DNA of 64,000 bases from Heteronotia binoei. Its lineage: Eukaryota. The stretch is taken from NCBI RefSeq assembly GCF_032191835.1, contig NC_083237.1:38316001-38380000 (forward strand), read 5' to 3'. Each line of letters starts with the position of its first letter. The first letter of the stretch is position 1. Under the pieces are notes generated by a model that searched no databases, was not told where the DNA came from, and saw only the letters and a program-made list of their open reading frames with translations. Made by a program: the position numbers and the translations under genes. Shown here in pieces: positions 24,634-37,669 of the stretch.

Positions 24634-27600
24634 TACTGCCCCTCTAAGCTCTTGCTCGGGGTTTGTCTGGGTGCAGTAGGTAAAATCTTTTGAGGAGGAT
24701 CGGGGCCTTGAGGTCGGATGCTTTCACCCATTCATCACAACTGGGGGGGAATACTTCCAGCGCACTAGGAAGTACAAGACCCCCCCTCTTTTCTCTCACA
24801 TTCAATATCTGCTGCACCTCATGATGACTCTGACCCTTCACTTGAATAGGTTTGGGCTCCAGCGGGTGAGGATGCCAACTCGTAGCCCCTGGATCTCGTC
24901 GAAGTAGGCTGCAATGGAAAACAGCATGAATTTTACTAAACAGTTTTGGCAATTCTAACTCCACTGTCACTTTGTTTATTACTCTCTTTATTTTGAATGG
25001 TCCCAGGTATTTGTAAGTGAGTTTTCTGGATGTTTGTGGTAAGGGCAGGTTCTTCGTGGATAGGAACACAGTTTCTCCCACTTTAAAGTCCCATTCTGGA
25101 GTGTGCTTTTTGTCATAATGTGCTTTATAGTCTCGTTTAGCCACTTCCAGGTTTTCTTGAATTATGGCCCACCCCTTCCCCAGCCTCTCCCACCATTGCT
25201 GACAGGAGGAGGGGGTTTGTCTCCGCTGCCGCCGGGCAACAGTGGGAACGGCTTCCCCTCGTAGCCATTTACAATTTTAAAGGGGGATGCTTTAGTTGAG
25301 CTATGGAGGCTATTATTGTATCCATATTCTGCAAACGGCAGTAGCTGTACCCAATTAGTCTGTTGGTAGTTCACGTAGCACCGTAAATATTGCTCCAGAA
25401 GCGCGTTTACGCGTTCCGTCTGCCCGTCCGTCTGCGGGTGATAGGTGGAACTCAACCCCTGCTCCATGCCTGTTAGTTTGCAAAACTCCCATCAGAAGTT
25501 GGCAATGAACTGCAAGCTGTGGTCACTAATGACCTTATCGGGGAAGGAGTGGACTTTAATCATGTGTTGGAAAACAAATATGCAAGTTTCTTTGCTGTAG
25601 TCAATTTTTTGCAGGGAATGAAATGCGCTTGCTTCGAGAAAGTGTTCACCACTGCTAGTATCACGGTTCTGCCCTGAGAAGCAGGCAGTTCCACTATGAA
25701 GTCCATAGACACCACGGACCATGGCCGTTCTGCAGTTTGAGTGGGCTGAAGGAGACTGGGAGGTATTCCGCCCCGTCTTTTTGCCATTATGCACACTGGG
25801 CAAGTGGTTATAAACTCTGAAATGTCTTTTTTTCATCTGAGGCCACCAAAATTGCCTATTGACCAGATGTAATGTCTTCACGTATCCAAAGTGGCCAGAT
25901 AGCTTATTGCAATGACAATGTTGTAATATTTCCTGCCTCAGTGTTTTTGGGACATAAAGTTTCCCATCGTGGTACCAAAAACCCCTTGTCCCTTTAGTTA
26001 ACCCTTTCGGTTTTTCATCACCCTCCCGTTCTGTTTCTTCCATGAGTCTATGCCCCCCCACCCCAGCTCTGGCGCTTCCCTTTTCTTCCCTGACCGGATG
26101 GTCACGGTGCCAGCCACTGCACTGGGAGGGATCATTGAGTCCACCACTTCCTCCCTTTGACTTTTGTGTTGGGGCAGTATGGACAGTGCGTCAGCTAAGA
26201 AATTTTTTCCCTGGGTATGTGTCTCAGGGTGAAGTCGAACTTCACAAAGAACCCTGACTACCAGATCTGTTTTTTGGTTAATTTCCTATGACCATTTAGG
26301 GCTTCTAAGTTCTTATGGTCGATCCAGATTTCAAATGGTACCCTCATTCCCTCCCAACCAGGACTGCCATGTTTTTAATGCAAAAGTCACTGCAAATGCC
26401 TCTTTATCCCATACCGACCAGTTGTGCTGTTCTGGCAAGAACTTTTTAGAGATGTAAGCACATGGTTGCAATCTCCCCTCGGAGTCTTTTTGCATTAGTA
26501 TGGCTCCCACAGCTACATTGGAGATGTCGCATTGGACCACGAAGGGCTTAAGTTCATCCGGGTGGCTCAATACTGGTTCACTTGTGAACAATCACTTAAG
26601 TTTTTCAAATGCTTTTTGGCAGGCGGGGGTCCATGCCAGCTTTGCCCCCGGTTTTTTCACCTTAGGCCCCTTCCCTTTAGTCTTAAGTAAGTCTGTCAGG
26701 GGCAACATCACCTGGGTGAACCCCTGGATGAAGGTCCTATAAAAATTTGTGAACCTGAGAAAGGATTGTAGCTGTCTACGTGTTCTCGGGGGTGCCCAAT
26801 CCAATACTGCCTGTATCTTGGCGGGAACCATGGCAAGTCCCTTCCCGGACACTCTGAATCCCAGATAATCAAGCTCGGTTTGATGGAATTCACACTTGGA
26901 CTGTTTAGCATACAACTTGTGCTTGTACAAGGTGGAGAGCACCTTCCTCACTAACTGTATGTGGGAAGCCATGTCCTTTGAGTAAATAATGATGTCATCC
27001 AGGTACACCACTACCCCCTTGTACAGGTATTCTCTCAGGAACTCATTGATAAAGTTCATAAACACTTCCGGAGCCCCCTGTAATCCAAAAGGCATCACGA
27101 GGTACTACAACTGTCCCATTGGAGTGTTGAATGCGGTCTTCCATTCATCCTCCTCTTTGATTCGCACTCTAAAGTACGCGTCCCTCCAGTCCAGTTTTGT
27201 GAAAATGGATCCCTCGGACACTGTAGTCAGGAGATCTTTGATCAGGGGAATGGGGTACGCGTTAGACGTTGAAATCGGATGTATCCCATGAAAATCAGTG
27301 CAAAGCCTAAGGCTCCCGTTTTTTTTCTTCCAGAAAAGTACCGGCGTGGCATGCGGGGCAGTGGCCGTCCGGATAAAGCCTCTTTTGAGGTTTTTGTCTA
27401 TGAACTTTCTTAGTTCTGCCTTCTCAGCCCACCCCATGGAGTATAGTTTGGCTTTAGGTAGCTCCTGGCCGGGGATTAGCTCGATCGCGCAGTCAGTGCT
27501 TCGATGCGGGGGAAGCTCGTTCTCCTCTTCCTTGCTGAACACTCTGCGCAAGTCTCTCTGGGGATGGATCGCACCTCCTCCACTGACACACACATCTTTT

Positions 27601-29647
27601 CATTCCTGGGGGGGGGGATTAGGCCCCCAGGCCTCCAACCAGTGATGGTGTTTGCACCTCCGGTCTGTGAAGTCTATCGTTTGTTCTCCCCATTGTATAT
27701 CCGGTTGGTGCTTAGCTAGCCACCCGACCCCCAATACTACGTCAAAGGATGATGAGGCGGTGATCTCAAACATTTCTATGTCCCACCGGTACATTTCTAT
27801 CCCCACCGGTACTCCCTGAGCCTCCTTTACACAGGGCTCCCCCTTCATTACGGACCCGTCCATTTTTTCGAATTGCATCGGGTGGGGTAGGGGCTTCCGC
27901 ACTAGCCCCAAAGCATCCACTAATTTTGGGGTGATAATTTCCCTCATGCACCCTGAGTCAATTAGGGCTCGGGCATGAATAAAGCGCTTCAGCTTTTGAT
28001 TCAGCAATGTCAATGGTACAAAAAATAAAGATCCAGTCACTCTCACCCGCAATGGTTCCGTTAGATCCACGACCTGCCTCCTGGCACCCCTCAGTGCAGG
28101 TCGTTCTCGTTTTCCGCCGGCTCTGTTGCTCAAGACTCCTCACTCGAGTCATCCAAAATTATAGTATTCTCATCTTGCATCGTCAATGTTGTGGTGTTTC
28201 CTTGAACCGACTCCTTGGGTCTGGTCAAAGCCTTCTTTGGTCCTGCTGAGGTCGGCTTCGGAGTAAGTGGGGGGGGGCTCGAGGTTTCTCCGGGCAATTA
28301 GTCGCTAAGTGGTTTGGGTCACCACATCGAAAGCATTTGCGCACCGAGGGAGTTTTGGGGGTCCCCCCCAGGCCACACTCTTCTTCCCGTCTGTCTTAGC
28401 CCCTGACCGAGCCTCACGTCCCCCCTTTCCCCCTTGCTGCAGTTGGCATTGGAGGGCCACTCGTTTCATATTAGTCTCCACTTTGCCTGCCAGCTGTACC
28501 CATCCCACCAGTGTGGTAGGGTGGGCTTGCTCAGTCCAGCAGACTCGTGTTTAGCCCTCTCTGAAATTCTTCAATCTTCATCATCTCGCTCCAACCTTGT
28601 ACCTTGAAATAGGCCACATACTCACGCACGGATTTCATCCCTTGCTGCATCACACACAAGGCTGTGATGGTCCGGGTCTCCTGGAGGGGATCTTCATACT
28701 GAGTCAGCAGTGCCTGCAGGAATCTGGCTACGGTGTCGAGCTCAGGACCCCTCATCTCGTACAGGCTTACATACCACCTCCTTGTGGCTCCTTTCAGCTT
28801 CGAACTGAGGTAGTCCACTCGGCTGTATTCATCAGGGAACGTGTTCCCCCAAAAGTGCATGTAACTATTGGCTTGAATGGTGAAATACTCTATCTTCTCT
28901 GGGTTGCCATCGAAGGTGGCATCCAGTTCTCGACCCCTCCTGAAGTCTCAAGGTGCCGGGAGTCCCTGTGGTGGTGCAGGGGCCCCTGGTTGTCCAGGTA
29001 CCACTGGAGGCACTTGAGGTGCCAGCACGTTTGGTGGTACCTGTGGTGCTGGTGCAATTGGTGGAGCCAACGGAGACCTCCCTGGGTCCAACCTCAGCAT
29101 CCGATCGATCTGCCTCTGCATCTCTTGCGCCATGAAGGTGGCGTTAGCTTGGATTTCGTCCCGTAATTTCCTCGCCATGGTAGTCATTTCCCCTCTCACG
29201 GTCTCCAGGATATCTGGCTCTTTCGGGTTGCCCCCATCTTCCTCCTCAAACCCAGCTGAATGGCTGTCCTTTGGCCGGGTTCCACCCCACTCATCTTCAT
29301 CTCTTACGGGGCAGTCTTCCCACCTTTCTCTGGGGTTCCCACCACCTTTGCACCCTCGCGCTGGTCTCGACAGGATGATCTCATGGCGTGCTGGTGCCTC
29401 ATCCATCAGCGCTGTGGAGGTGCGTGGCTCCCACTTCTGAGGGGTAATGAACAATTGCTGTATGTGCAGAGGGGACCCGTGCCCCCCCTGACTCTCCGAG
29501 TCCCAGCGATGTGCTGGGGGGGGGGGGTTCTGCACCTCTACTGCTTTGAATGGATCAGTAGGTTCTCAGTTATCTGGTGCTCTTTCAGCCATCCATCTTA
29601 AAAGTTGCCAGGTCAGATGAACTCTTAATAAAGGATCAGTTCCAAAA

Positions 29648-30065
29648 TGTCAAGCATGAAATCTCAAAATAACCAGTCCTTGAATATTGAAACAAAGTTT
29701 GGTTTATTGATAATCCATGTGGCTCTTTCGAGCTGGGGATTGGAACTGATACTCTGTAACACTAGAATACATGCTTTAAGATGGCACATCAAAGGTTCTA
29801 TAAACAATTCTACATTCACGTGTGAAATTCACGTGCTGGGTTCCTTATCTATATTGCGGCTAGCACATCCTGGATTCAGGCCTGGCTGAGCCTGAGAACA
29901 AGTCCCAAGAGGTCTTATCTTCAAAGAGGACATTCCTGCATTTGTTAGTAAAAGCGAAAGAAGAAAGATGGGGGTTACTACTTTGATGTTCCTGGGTTTA
30001 ATTCAGGGTTAGTAACAATTCTATATTCTGAATACTATGACAGAGGATAGAGATACAATGCTTGA
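29648..30065 (-). repeat. 5' LTR of Gypsy A
   Basis: About 96% identical to 24216-24633 by manual alignment. Confidence 0.93.
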
Positions 30066-30909
30066 TTCCCTGTTAATTCCCTGACATTTCCAGTTTTAGG
30101 ATCTCTGGGGAGAGGGAACATTTTCTCTGCCCAAGATCCTAGAGAGCTGCTCCCAATGAACGTAAGCAAAGCTGAGCTAGATAAACCAATGTCTGACTGA
30201 ATACAAAACAATTTCAAAGGTAGAGAACTTAAGTCATGTTATTAAATAAATATGTAGTACTAAATATAAACTGGAAATGATGTCATCTTCGATTTTAGGG
30301 ATTGTAATCTGAAATTGTAGGAAACTGTATGTAATTATTTGAATGATTTTATTGTGACTTTATTATCAATGCTATGTTGTTTTTAACTGTTGTTAGCTGA
30401 CCTGAGCCTGTTAGGGGAGGGTGGGGTAAAAATATAATAAATAAATAAAATTACATTTGGTGTTGCGTTAAGGTTGCCTTAGATACAGGTACCAAAGGAT
30501 ACTTTTATGAAACAATAAATCAGTATATAGATGTACTTAAGTGGATATTAGAAGAATTTGTATTGGTTGACCCCGCTGTGCTATATGATTAACACCAACA
30601 TCCAGAAACATCTATGATTTGATAGGTATGAGGAATGCCATGATGTAAGCTAAGCTGTTTTATACATGAGATATACATGAAGTAGGTAAAGTGAAATATA
30701 AATGAAGAAAGTAAAGTAAAATAAATGTTTTGGTTCCAGTCAAGAGCTTTTACATTTTAGCCCCAAGTCTGAAGAAGCAAGTGGATGCCAGGAAATACAA
30801 CTACCCATGCAATCATGTAATCACATTGCTTTATTGGAGTGATTTATCTTAGGCGAGACAGAACAGCTGTTGCATACTTTAAATTTATTATATAGATAAA
30901 GATATAGAC

Positions 30910-31045
30910 CAGGGTTGGCCAACAGTAGCTCTCCAGATGTTTTTTGCCTACAACTCCCATCAACCCCAGCCATCAGCTATTCTGGCTGGTGCTTATGGGA
31001 GTTGTAGGCAAAAAACATCTGGAGAGCTACCGTTGGCCACCCCTG
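30910..31045. mobile_element. Palindromic hAT-type MITE
   Basis: TIRs CAGGGTTGGCC...GGCCACCCCTG; perfect 8-bp TSD ATATAGAC at 30902-30909 and 31046-31053. Confidence 0.9.
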
Positions 31046-31176
31046 ATATAGACTACTGGAATTGTAAATGCAGTCAAGTTAAAACAGGAGATGGTGATGC
31101 TAAAGTTACCAATTTGACGGTGAAAATTGTCCTGTGTTATATTATTACAGTACTCATCCTTGAGCTACAGAAGCAG

Positions 31177-31178
<2 letters not shown>

Positions 31179-31209
<31 letters not shown>
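31179..31209. repeat. (GT)n microsatellite
   Basis: Direct reading of the sequence. Confidence 0.9.
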
Positions 31210-31211
<2 letters not shown>

Positions 31212-31351
31212 GTGCCATCAAGTCTTCCAATGTATGGTGGCCCTATGAATTAATGACCTCCAAAATGTCTTATCATTAAGCATGAGAACAGCCCATATCC
31301 AGGGCTATATAGGCTTTTAAAATGGCATTTTCTTATTTTATGCTACTCATA

Positions 31352-31596
31352 CTAAGCTAGTATAACACTGTAATGGGTGGAAAATCCCAGGTTCTAAACA
31401 AAAAGCAGGGGAGTGGAGGTATTGGGGATTGCATGGGCCAAAATGTCCCTATTCTCTTCATTTTTGGCAGTGCAATTCCCAGTATCATTTTGAAATTGGT
31501 GGCCAATTTTGAAGTGCCTAGCTTTGTTTTCTGAGGAGTTATTCTTATAACAGAAATAAGACAGACAGAAAGACAGATGGATCTTTTTATTATAGA
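31352..31596 (-). mobile_element. Putative non-autonomous Helitron-like element
   Basis: Minus strand starts A|TCTATAATAAAAAG, has a (TGTC)n-like tract and ends ...CTAGCTTAG|T; subterminal hairpin decayed. Confidence 0.4.
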
Positions 31597-31738
31597 TAAC
31601 ACCCTGATTGCTTCTTAGATGTTAATAGATAACTCAATGTCCTATGCAATAAGAACATGACATCTTATTAACAATTGAATGCATATTGGAAACACAAGAG
31701 TTGGTGAAGAATGCACCTCTGATATTACTGGTCACTTA

Positions 31739-32680
31739 CTAGAGAGTTTTGCCCAATGTATTCCTTCCAAAGGCCCTCATGAAGGACTCCTTGACTTCAT
31801 TATTCCTGAAACTGTATATAATGGGGTTCAGCATAGGATTGATGACAGCATAAAATACAGAAATAAATTTGTCAGTCTCTGGTGAGTAACTTGATTTGGG
31901 CCTCATGTACATAAACATGCCAGTCCCATAATAAATGGTCACCACTGTTAGATGAGAAGAACAAGTGGAAAAGGCTTTGCGCCTGCCCCCCACAGTGCGG
32001 ATTCTGATCACAGCACCAATGATGTGGCCGTAAGACACAAGGATCAAGATGAAGGGCAGCATCAGTGTGCTGATACCTGACAGTAACATTAAGAGTTCAT
32101 TTAGGGAGGTATCAGAGCAGATCATATGCAGCAGAACAGGAACTTCACAGAAAATGTGGTTAATGACATATGGTCTGCAAAGAGGAGGCAAGCTTAATCT
32201 AAGCGGAACCACTGAAACTAGGAAGCTTAATGTCCAAGCTGCTGCTGCAATCCTCACACAGACATGGCGATTCATTATAATGGTGTAGCGCAGAGGGTGG
32301 CACACAGCTGCATAGCGATCCAAAGACATCACAGCCAGAATGATGCATTCTGCAGCTCCCATAAAGGCAGAGATGTATGTTTGCATCATGCACAGTAGGT
32401 AGGATATAGTTTTCTTAGCAGATATCAGGTTAGACAACATTTTTGGGACTACAGCAGTAGTGTAGCAAAGGTTCAAAAAAGCCAGATGTCTAAGGAAAAA
32501 ATACATTGGTGTTTGTAAGTGAGGATCTGCTGTGGCCAGGGCGATGATGCCAAAGTTACCAAAGAGGGTTGCCATATATATGAAAGTGAATATCACAAAA
32601 AGTAATGGTTCCAAACTGGGATGAGCAGAAAAACCCATCAGTATGAATTCCAAAACTTCAGTTTCATTTTCTTGCACCAT
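31739..32680 (-). CDS. Class II olfactory receptor, family 2/13-like, 313 aa, intact
   Basis: LQTPMYFFL, MSLDRYAAVCHPLRY, NHIFCEVP, KAFSTCSSHL, PMLNPIIYSFRN; candidate acceptor TTCTTCTTAGATTCTACAG 6 nt upstream of the ATG. Confidence 0.96.
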   Translation of the reverse strand: MVQENETEVLEFILMGFSAHPSLEPLLFVIFTFIYMATLFGNFGIIALATADPHLQTPMYFFLRHLAFLNLCYTTAVVPKMLSNLISAKKTISYLLCMMQTYISAFMGAAECIILAVMSLDRYAAVCHPLRYTIIMNRHVCVRIAAAAWTLSFLVSVVPLRLSLPPLCRPYVINHIFCEVPVLLHMICSDTSLNELLMLLSGISTLMLPFILILVSYGHIIGAVIRIRTVGGRRKAFSTCSSHLTVVTIYYGTGMFMYMRPKSSYSPETDKFISVFYAVINPMLNPIIYSFRNNEVKESFMRAFGRNTLGKTL

Positions 32681-33403
32681 TATGTCCTGTAGAATCTAAG
32701 AAGAAAAACATAAGATGCCAAATTCAGGTCCACTTTAGCATCCAAGATACAAACAAAGCATGAGAAATGATAGGGATCATATCAAGGGTTCTCCTAAAGT
32801 CTTGAACAGGAGTGAACTAGGAATTTAAAATGGCCCTGAAACAAGCCAAACTGAGCAACCCTTGTGGCACAATAATGCAGGACTGTAGGGGCCATTCAGC
32901 CCAACAGTTCCATGGACATAAACTCATCCATTGTTTCATCTTTCAAACTGATAGTGGTACAGGAGAAGATGGATGAAACATCCATTACTATTGATGATGG
33001 ATGAAACATCAATTACTATTGATGATGACCTGAGCCAAGTGACCCCTGAGGACTGGGCAGAATTGCTGGAACTTGGCTGTGCTTGCACATGGTCACAAGT
33101 GATTCTCTAGGGCAGTAGGTTCACCAGGAAATGTCTCTATAATTTAAATTTCCTGTCAGCCCTTGTTCAAAATTAAAACATGCTTGATTGGTTAATACAT
33201 TCTTTAGGAATGGAGATTTCATAAACACTCTAGCTAGATCTTTAAACATTTGCTACATAAAAATTGTAATCATAGGAGTGCTTTCTCCTGTTTTGCTGCC
33301 AGTTATTTCTGCTTTCAGTTATTTCTGTCCGGTATAAATAGTGATAATTGGTAATTATGTCCTATACTGTCTAAAAACAGAAATAGAACAGAAGTAGAAA
33401 TCA

Positions 33404-33487
<84 letters not shown>
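33404..33487. repeat. (ATCT)n microsatellite, about 21 units
   Basis: Direct reading of the sequence. Confidence 0.95.
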
Positions 33488-33488
<1 letters not shown>

Positions 33489-35395
33489 ATCAGCATTCAA
33501 AGGTATAAAGGATAATTAACCTTGGTGAACAGTCTGCAGACTATGATTTCATTTACTACTTTATATCTTCTCTTCCATAATTGTTTTATAACTGGACAGG
33601 TCCGTCATATATGGTATAGCAAGCCTCTTTCCTGATGGTATCACCAGGATTCATCAGAGACATAATGAAGATTTTTTTCCCCAAATTTAACAGGATTGCA
33701 ATATCACCTAAACATTAATTTGGGGGCATGTTCCCTAATATTGATGTAAACTCAAGTGGCTAATGTATTTTTTAATATTTTTTTTCACCATCTAGCTTCA
33801 GTAATTTCTTGCATTACACACAGCTGACATTTATGCCTGTAAAATAGTTCCTGGTAATCTAATTTCTAGAAGGACCTCATGAAGTTTTGCTAATAGTCAT
33901 TTGGACTATTACATCACGGTACATCATTAGCTTCTCAGTTACCTTTGATGGCTGGAAAATGTCTACACTTTGAGCTAAACTGGCCAAGCAGAGTACTCAT
34001 TAGGCAAGAATGGTGGTGTCAGCAATGTTATTGATTGAAATCTAAAGGGGAAAATCTGGTCATAGGTTTATTAAAATAATGTGCCAATTGTGGATTAGGG
34101 AGTTAAACCATTCAGCATAAAGTTACACTCCCCTTGAAGGTTCCTTACTTTTTTTTTTACAATTTAAATTTTATTAAAAACTTTTTATATAAAAAAACAA
34201 CTCGAAACATAATACCAAACTTTGGACAAAAGTCCCAAGTCACGAAAGCAATCACGGCATACTCTTATTCACTACACCATCAATCTTAAAAACAGATTAT
34301 ATCATTTAACAGCATAGTCTTAATAAATCATAATATTCATATATTTTATAGGAATCTTGCCAAAAACAGTATCCTTATTGTTTACATATTCCAGAAAACA
34401 GAACCATTTTTGTGGTAGATCTAAAGCTACAGATGGAGGCTCAGTCTTTTATGTGACATGAAGTGACTTCCTCAGTTTTGGATGAGGGCCTAACTACAAT
34501 GTTTCCCTGGGAGGGGGGGATGATTTGCTCAAGCTTCTCTGCACTCTGTCTACATCCAGGTGACTGGACTAGTGGGGTATGCATGGAAATTCAAATGAGT
34601 GTACATTTTGCCAGTGCTCTTGCTTTCTAACTGCATCCATGACTGTTACTTATTCTAGTTATTACCTTGAAAACCATAAATCATTTGGGACCAGGATACT
34701 TCTGTTATCTGTCAATCTAAATCTTTATCAGAATCTTTATTCTTTGTTCCTGTATCTTCAGAGATTAAGTGGATGACTACTAGAGACAGACTTCTTAGTC
34801 GTTTCACATTTATGTTACTCCTTTGCTATGTGGTTCACCTGGCACATAGGGTGATTAACTTTAGGCTACAAATGAAGACTATGTTCTGGTTAGCTTAGAT
34901 CCCCCCACACATACAGAAACACACCATATTTCTGCCAACCCTTGGTTTTGAAATTAATGCACTTTACAGGCTGGCTTACTGTGATATATTTGTGATTCTT
35001 TATACAGTAGATTTTGTTGAAAGTGTATAGGAGGCCCACAGCTGAAAATCTGGTCATTTAAAAAGAAGTAATAAATAAAAACCACACAGCATAACCCACC
35101 CTATCTACTTCTATCAGCCAAATTATTTTGGGTAGATGAAAATATAATTGATTGGCTGCAATGTTGCTGTTTCACCATTTCACTTATGAACAGATGCACC
35201 CCACACTTTGATCCACATTTCCAAAATCATACAAAATAACTCCTTGTTTCTGGTTATGAAACTTTCTTTCTCTATCCTTTCCCCCACTACCTAGACAATA
35301 AATGATACTTTCTTAAATACCCATTAGACATGTAACTTCTTTACCTGTTTTTCAAGATGTGATTGTTTATGGAAGTAGTTTATTTTTCATCATAT

Positions 35396-35536
35396 NNNNN
35401 NNNNNNNNNNNNNNNNNNNNNNNNNNNNNNNNNNNNNNNNNNNNNNNNNNNNNNNNNNNNNNNNNNNNNNNNNNNNNNNNNNNNNNNNNNNNNNNNNNNN
35501 NNNNNNNNNNNNNNNNNNNNNNNNNNNNNNNNNNNN
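35396..35536. other. Assembly gap (N run)
   Basis: N characters. Confidence 1.
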
Positions 35537-36025
35537 CACAAGCATAGAGAGAGAGAGAGAGGTCAGTATAGATAACCTTGTCTATCATCCACTTGATTCA
35601 CAGAGCAGCATCATTTAAAAAAACAAAGTGCCGAAAGTTGCTGCACAATGAGTCCATCCTTCTTCATCTATATCAGGGCATGTTGTATGGCCATAAAGAT
35701 CTGGCATAAGAAGGCTTCCTGTTGGAAGAGACTGGTGAAAGCCTTCTTGCACTGGATTGAAAGAAGGCTGATTGCATCAAGGGAAGGTTCTGTAGCGGAA
35801 CAAAACTTTTGGATCCAACCTACTGCTCATTACATTCCAGTCCTCCTGAAATATTATCCAGTACAATTGATTGATAATAACCATTTCTTGGATAAAATGA
35901 TAATCTAATTTCACCCAAAGGATCCTCACAATTAAAAGGTGTCTTTGGATCCTGGAGACTGTTTCTTTTCTTCTTTTTTTAATAGTGCAAAAATTTTGAG
36001 ACCAACTTACTCATCTCACACACAC

Positions 36026-36321
36026 AGCCCCGTGATGCAGAGAGTTAAAGCTGCAGTACTGCAGTCCTAAGCTCTGCTCATGTCCTGAGTTTGATCCTGG
36101 TGTTAGGTGGGTTTTCAGGTAGCCAGCTTGAGGTTGACTCAGCCTTCCATCCTTCTGAGGTCAGTAAAATGAGTACCCAGCTTGCTGGGGGGAAAGTGTA
36201 GATGACTGGGGAAACCAATGGCAAACCACTCCATAAAAAGTCTGCCGTGAAAATGTTGTGATAGCAACATCACCCCAGAGTTGGAAACGACTGGTGCTTG
36301 CACAGGGGACCTTTCCTTTCC
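36026..36321 (+). mobile_element. Sauria SINE
   Basis: Similar to 18470-18767; tail CACAGGGGACCTTTCCTTTCC. Confidence 0.88.
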
Positions 36322-36902
36322 TACTCATCTCATTAGTTTATGCAAACCCTTGTGTTAACCAAAGAAGTGGAAATGACCTGAATTTTGCATCCTACCTGTA
36401 TATTGTCCGCATCTGTGACAGTTGGAGTCAGAGAAAGTTAAAAAAAAATCCCGTTCAATGTGATATTTCTATTAAAGTGCTAGTGAGCAAACCTCATGTG
36501 CCCAATTAAATATACATCTCAAACTTGTGCTTTTCTTTCTTGATTCACATTGCAGTCAGTGGTCACACTGGAATGGGGGAACTGACAATCGGATTAGACC
36601 TGAAAGTGTCCCCCCACCCCAGGACCAAACTGTATCTCGATAGTCAAATAAGAATATCAGGTGGAACTGAGATCCTAGCCAGTCCAATGAGTGTTAGAAG
36701 AGACAAAGTCCAGATCATTATATTTTATTTGTGATATTACCTAGTTAAAAGTAAAAGTGGGTATGCAGAAGAGGTGAAAATATGTAATCCTGAGTATGTA
36801 GCAACGATGAAACTAATAATGTAGTTGCAAAACAGACCAGCTATGTAATTTGAAATGTAAAATTATGAACATAAATATACCCAATCAGAAGTAAATATCA
36901 TT

Positions 36903-37002
36903 GCCCTGACCTGGATAGCCAAGGCAAGGCTGATCTCATCAGATCTGAGAAGCTAAGCAGACTTCCAAGGAATATCAGGGCTTGGATGCAGAGGCAGGCA
37001 AT
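36903..37002 (+). mobile_element. Internally deleted 5S-derived SINE fragment
   Basis: TGATCTCATCAGATCTGAGAAGCTAAGCAG (5S-like) joined to GCAGAGGCAGGCAAT. Confidence 0.6.
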
Positions 37003-37204
37003 AGAGTTAACTCTCAGGATGTCCAAGCCCCAGTAACCATGACCAGGACTCCTAGGCATGCTTATGTACATGCACACACAAAAAAAAATACTCCCCCAAA
37101 AAGAGAGAGAAGTAAATATTACACACTACAGACAAAGTTCCAAGAACTTTTCAATGTAATAAAGGAGGCATTGGGGAGGAATATTTTCTGTCATTGATAT
37201 AATT

Positions 37205-37660
37205 ATGTTAGGTACCCAATTTTTCCTTTCTGTGCTGTTTAACATCTATATGTGCCCTCTCACCCAGTTGGTACAGAGTTTTGGGCTGGCTTGTCACCAG
37301 TATGCTGATAGCATCCAGCTATATCTATCGTTGGCTGTGGGATTGAAGGCCATGGCTGGTTGGCTGAAGCAGAGCTGGCTGAAGCTGAATCTTTCAAAGA
37401 CAGAGGTCCTGTAGCTGTGAGGGGCAACCTGAGATTGGGGTGTCAGCTCCTAGCCCTCAATACCGGCATCAACCCTCAAGAGCTTGAGTGTGCTCCTGGA
37501 CTCCTCTTTATCAATGGAGGCCCATGTTGTACATGTTGCCATGCTGCTGTTTTTTTCAGCTTCGCCAGGTCAGTCCCCTTTTTCTCTACCCCTGACCTTG
37601 CTACAGTGAGCCACACAATGGTCACCTCAAGGCTGGATTACTGTAATTTGTTCTATGCAA
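37205..37660 (+). mobile_element. Decayed L2/CR1-type LINE RT fragment
   Basis: LFNIYMCPL...CHQYAD...WLKLNLSKTEVL and TMVTSRLDYCN motifs. Confidence 0.7.
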
Positions 37661-37669
37661 GTAAATATT

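Larger units (their letters stand above)
24216..30065 (-). mobile_element. Ty3/Gypsy chromovirus (sushi-like) element A: decayed gag-pol with chromodomain, two LTRs
   Basis: LTRs 24216-24633 and 29648-30065 (TGTCAAGCAT...ATGCTTGACA; right copy lacks the final CA; about 14 substitutions and 2 indels); PPT AGAGGGGGCAGTA; gag with CCHC knuckle, PR ALIDSGC, RT YLDD, RNase H, IN DGQTERVN, chromodomain; many frameshifts; no TSD recoverable. Confidence 0.95.

Noticed and set aside
24211-30070. TSD for Gypsy A
   Set aside because: Left flank GAACC does not match right flank TTCCC and the right LTR lacks its final CA, so the end appears overwritten
32968-33023. 28-bp tandem duplication upstream of the OR2/13-like gene as a regulatory repeat
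   Set aside because: Only two copies and no clear O/E or homeodomain composite; likely simple slippage
33500-36000. OR enhancer (H-element or Greek-island type)
   Set aside because: Only a partial EBF-like TTCCCTGGGAG near 34503 with no convincing motif cluster; needs conservation or ATAC data
36903-37002. 5S rRNA gene (also 21250); tRNA genes at 15546, 18470, 22561, 36026
   Set aside because: Only decayed heads fused to SINE bodies and tails
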